Assembly (NCBI GenBank): GCA_002633005.1
Contig: NMRA01000326.1
Span: 86,675 to 150,674 of the forward strand
Reading direction: 5' to 3'
From: Phoronis australis
Lineage: Eukaryota > Animalia > Phoronida
Length of the DNA: 64,000 bases
Under the pieces are notes generated by a model. It worked only from the letters and a program-made list of their open reading frames with translations. It was not told the origin of the DNA and searched no databases. The first letter of the stretch is position 1. The number at the start of each line of letters is the position of its first letter. Shown here piece by piece: positions 62,068-64,000 of this stretch. A program made the translations under genes and the position numbers.

Positions 62068-62250
62068 ATTGAAAAAGTGTTTGCGGGAAAGTTGCAGGAA
62101 ACTTTATTGATGAAAAAGTGTTTGCGGGAAAGTTGCAGGAAACTTTATTGATGAAAAAGTGTTAACGGGAAAGTTGCATTAAACTTTATTGGTGAAGTGT
62201 TCTCAGGAATAGGTGAAAAAGTGCTTGCAAGAAATTTGCAGGAAACAATG
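62068..62250. repeat. 41-bp tandem repeat inside a probable MITE
   Basis: gaaaaagtgtttgcgggaaagttgcaggaaactttattgat, about 3-4 copies. Confidence 0.85.
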
Positions 62251-63608
62251 TTTAAAGTGTTAGCATTAAGATTTTGACAATGTTAGAAATTGTGAAATTG
62301 TTTTTTATTTTCTAAATTTCAAAGAAACCTCAAATCCCAGAACCCATGAGGGCAGTTACTTATTAAAGATAACTTACCTAAATGTGACCTACTGTTGGGT
62401 AAGTTACATTGTTTCAGATATTTTCTTCATTATTTCTGTTCTTATAATTTTTCACTTCTATTTATCAGTTTACTATCATCATCATGTCTCAAATTTCTGT
62501 CTTATCAGCCTCCGTTTTAGCTTGGCCTTCTTCTTTCCTGCTTCTATTGATTCTAATTGCAGTCAGCAGTGCAGCCAACAACATTGAACTTCCTGGTTGG
62601 CAAGAATGTGATGACCAGGTTGGGCATCATGGCTTTGTAATTTATCAGGTTAGTATGTAACAAGCTGTGGCAGTGCTTATTAACAAAATCACAGCATTTG
62701 AAGAGCAATATGCTCATGATTTTTGTAACATTTAGCCTTCCAAGCTATTTCATTTTTCTTTTCACGACTTTAAGTTTGAAAATATTATGTTAGTTTGTTT
62801 GTTGATACGTCATGCATTATTTCCAAGTAGTGGTAACATTTTCACATACTGTTCAAATAACGCTTGTCATGGCAATAAATCATTTATGATTCATACTCTT
62901 TCTGGTTCACAGATATTCATTCCACTATGACAAAGATGAGGTCGTCTACGCCTTTCGGCTGATGGATGACTTTAGGCAAGAGGACCTCAAAGTACTGGAG
63001 TAATTCCATCTTGTGTATAGGTACGCCAATGATTTACGGTAGTCAGTGAAAGGGTTTAGCCCCCTTCATTGAGGATGCCATGAGAACTTGATTCATCTGT
63101 CTATCACACATTCCTTTTTTGTTCATGTCACTTAAGACAACTTTGGGAACTAAGTATTGCAGTTGTCGTTTGTATAATATGGATGGCTCAAGACGAGGTC
63201 TTCATTTTATTACATTGTTATGTTTAAGTTCTATTTATTATTTGTCTTCAAAAGCTTGTATTAAAATGTTCTACTTGTCATACTTGTCATCAATACATTT
63301 TTTTGTCTTTAATTCTTATTTAATGTAATTGATTTTGACAACGTTTTAAGTCAGTCGCAAACATCATGTTAACAAAAAAACACAAAATAATTTCAGTAAT
63401 TTGCTCAACCAATTATCAGATTTCAACTTTCGTAACGGCAAAATCTTTAAAACGACACCTTATTCATTTTTCCTTGAGTAATTCTAATTCAATGCAAATT
63501 TGAAATGGCAAAATTGTACGTGCTCACTTTTCTTTGTTGGCTTTGGTGAAGGTCAATATAATCCTTGCACAGGAGCGTCCAATCGTACTTTTTTGCAAAT
63601 TATTTATC

Positions 63609-63760
63609 CAGGGCTCGACATAACGAGCTGCAGGTCGCATTTGCGACCTGAAATTTGGAAATGCGAGCTGAGATTTTCGTCAGCTCGTATCAAGTCGCAA
63701 AATGCGACCTGGAATTTCCAACGAATGCGAGCTGAGTTTTTACACTTCTCAACAGATACC
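63609..63760 (+). mobile_element. hAT-like MITE left end (related copies at 9826 and 58133)
   Basis: cagggctcgacataacgagctgcaggtcgcatttgcgacctgaaatttgg shared by three loci; CAG start. Confidence 0.6.
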
Positions 63761-64000
63761 TGGCAAATACAAAGCAGCTCTTGTTAATCCAACCGTTAAT
63801 TGTTTGGTTGTTGCCAAATCCAAGTTCAAAAGAACGCTAACCAACAACAGCTCTCCCGATGACTTGTAAGCAAGTCGCGTGAACATGGGATATGCAGAAT
63901 CGATCTTTGACGCGTTTCATTGGCTAACACTTTCGGCCACTTTTGTAAATTCCCGGATTCGCCGAAGAAAGTTTCGGGCCACTGCTTAACACGTGAAAAC

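Overview
AT-rich animal genomic DNA (invertebrate, probably lophotrochozoan by inference), not prokaryotic. The window is dominated by one intron-rich minus-strand gene encoding an SLC9A/NHE-family Na+/H+ exchanger. I reconstructed 17 distinct coding exons by hand (48140 down to 11, about 573 codons, all GT-AG with compatible phases); the CDS continues beyond position 1. Two of those exons appear twice inside a 5.5-kb tandem duplication joined by a single N, probably two haplotypes. The introns are packed with mobile elements: a Helentron-associated (HINE/DINE-1-like) family whose internal repeats each carry a co-oriented CTCF-consensus motif, an RNase H-bearing LOA/R1-group LINE and a tRNA-derived SINE sharing its 3' tail, Kolobok-type TTAA elements, pogo/Tc1-like elements, solo LTRs, a fold-back MITE and minisatellites. 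Most ORFs in the supplied track are spurious.
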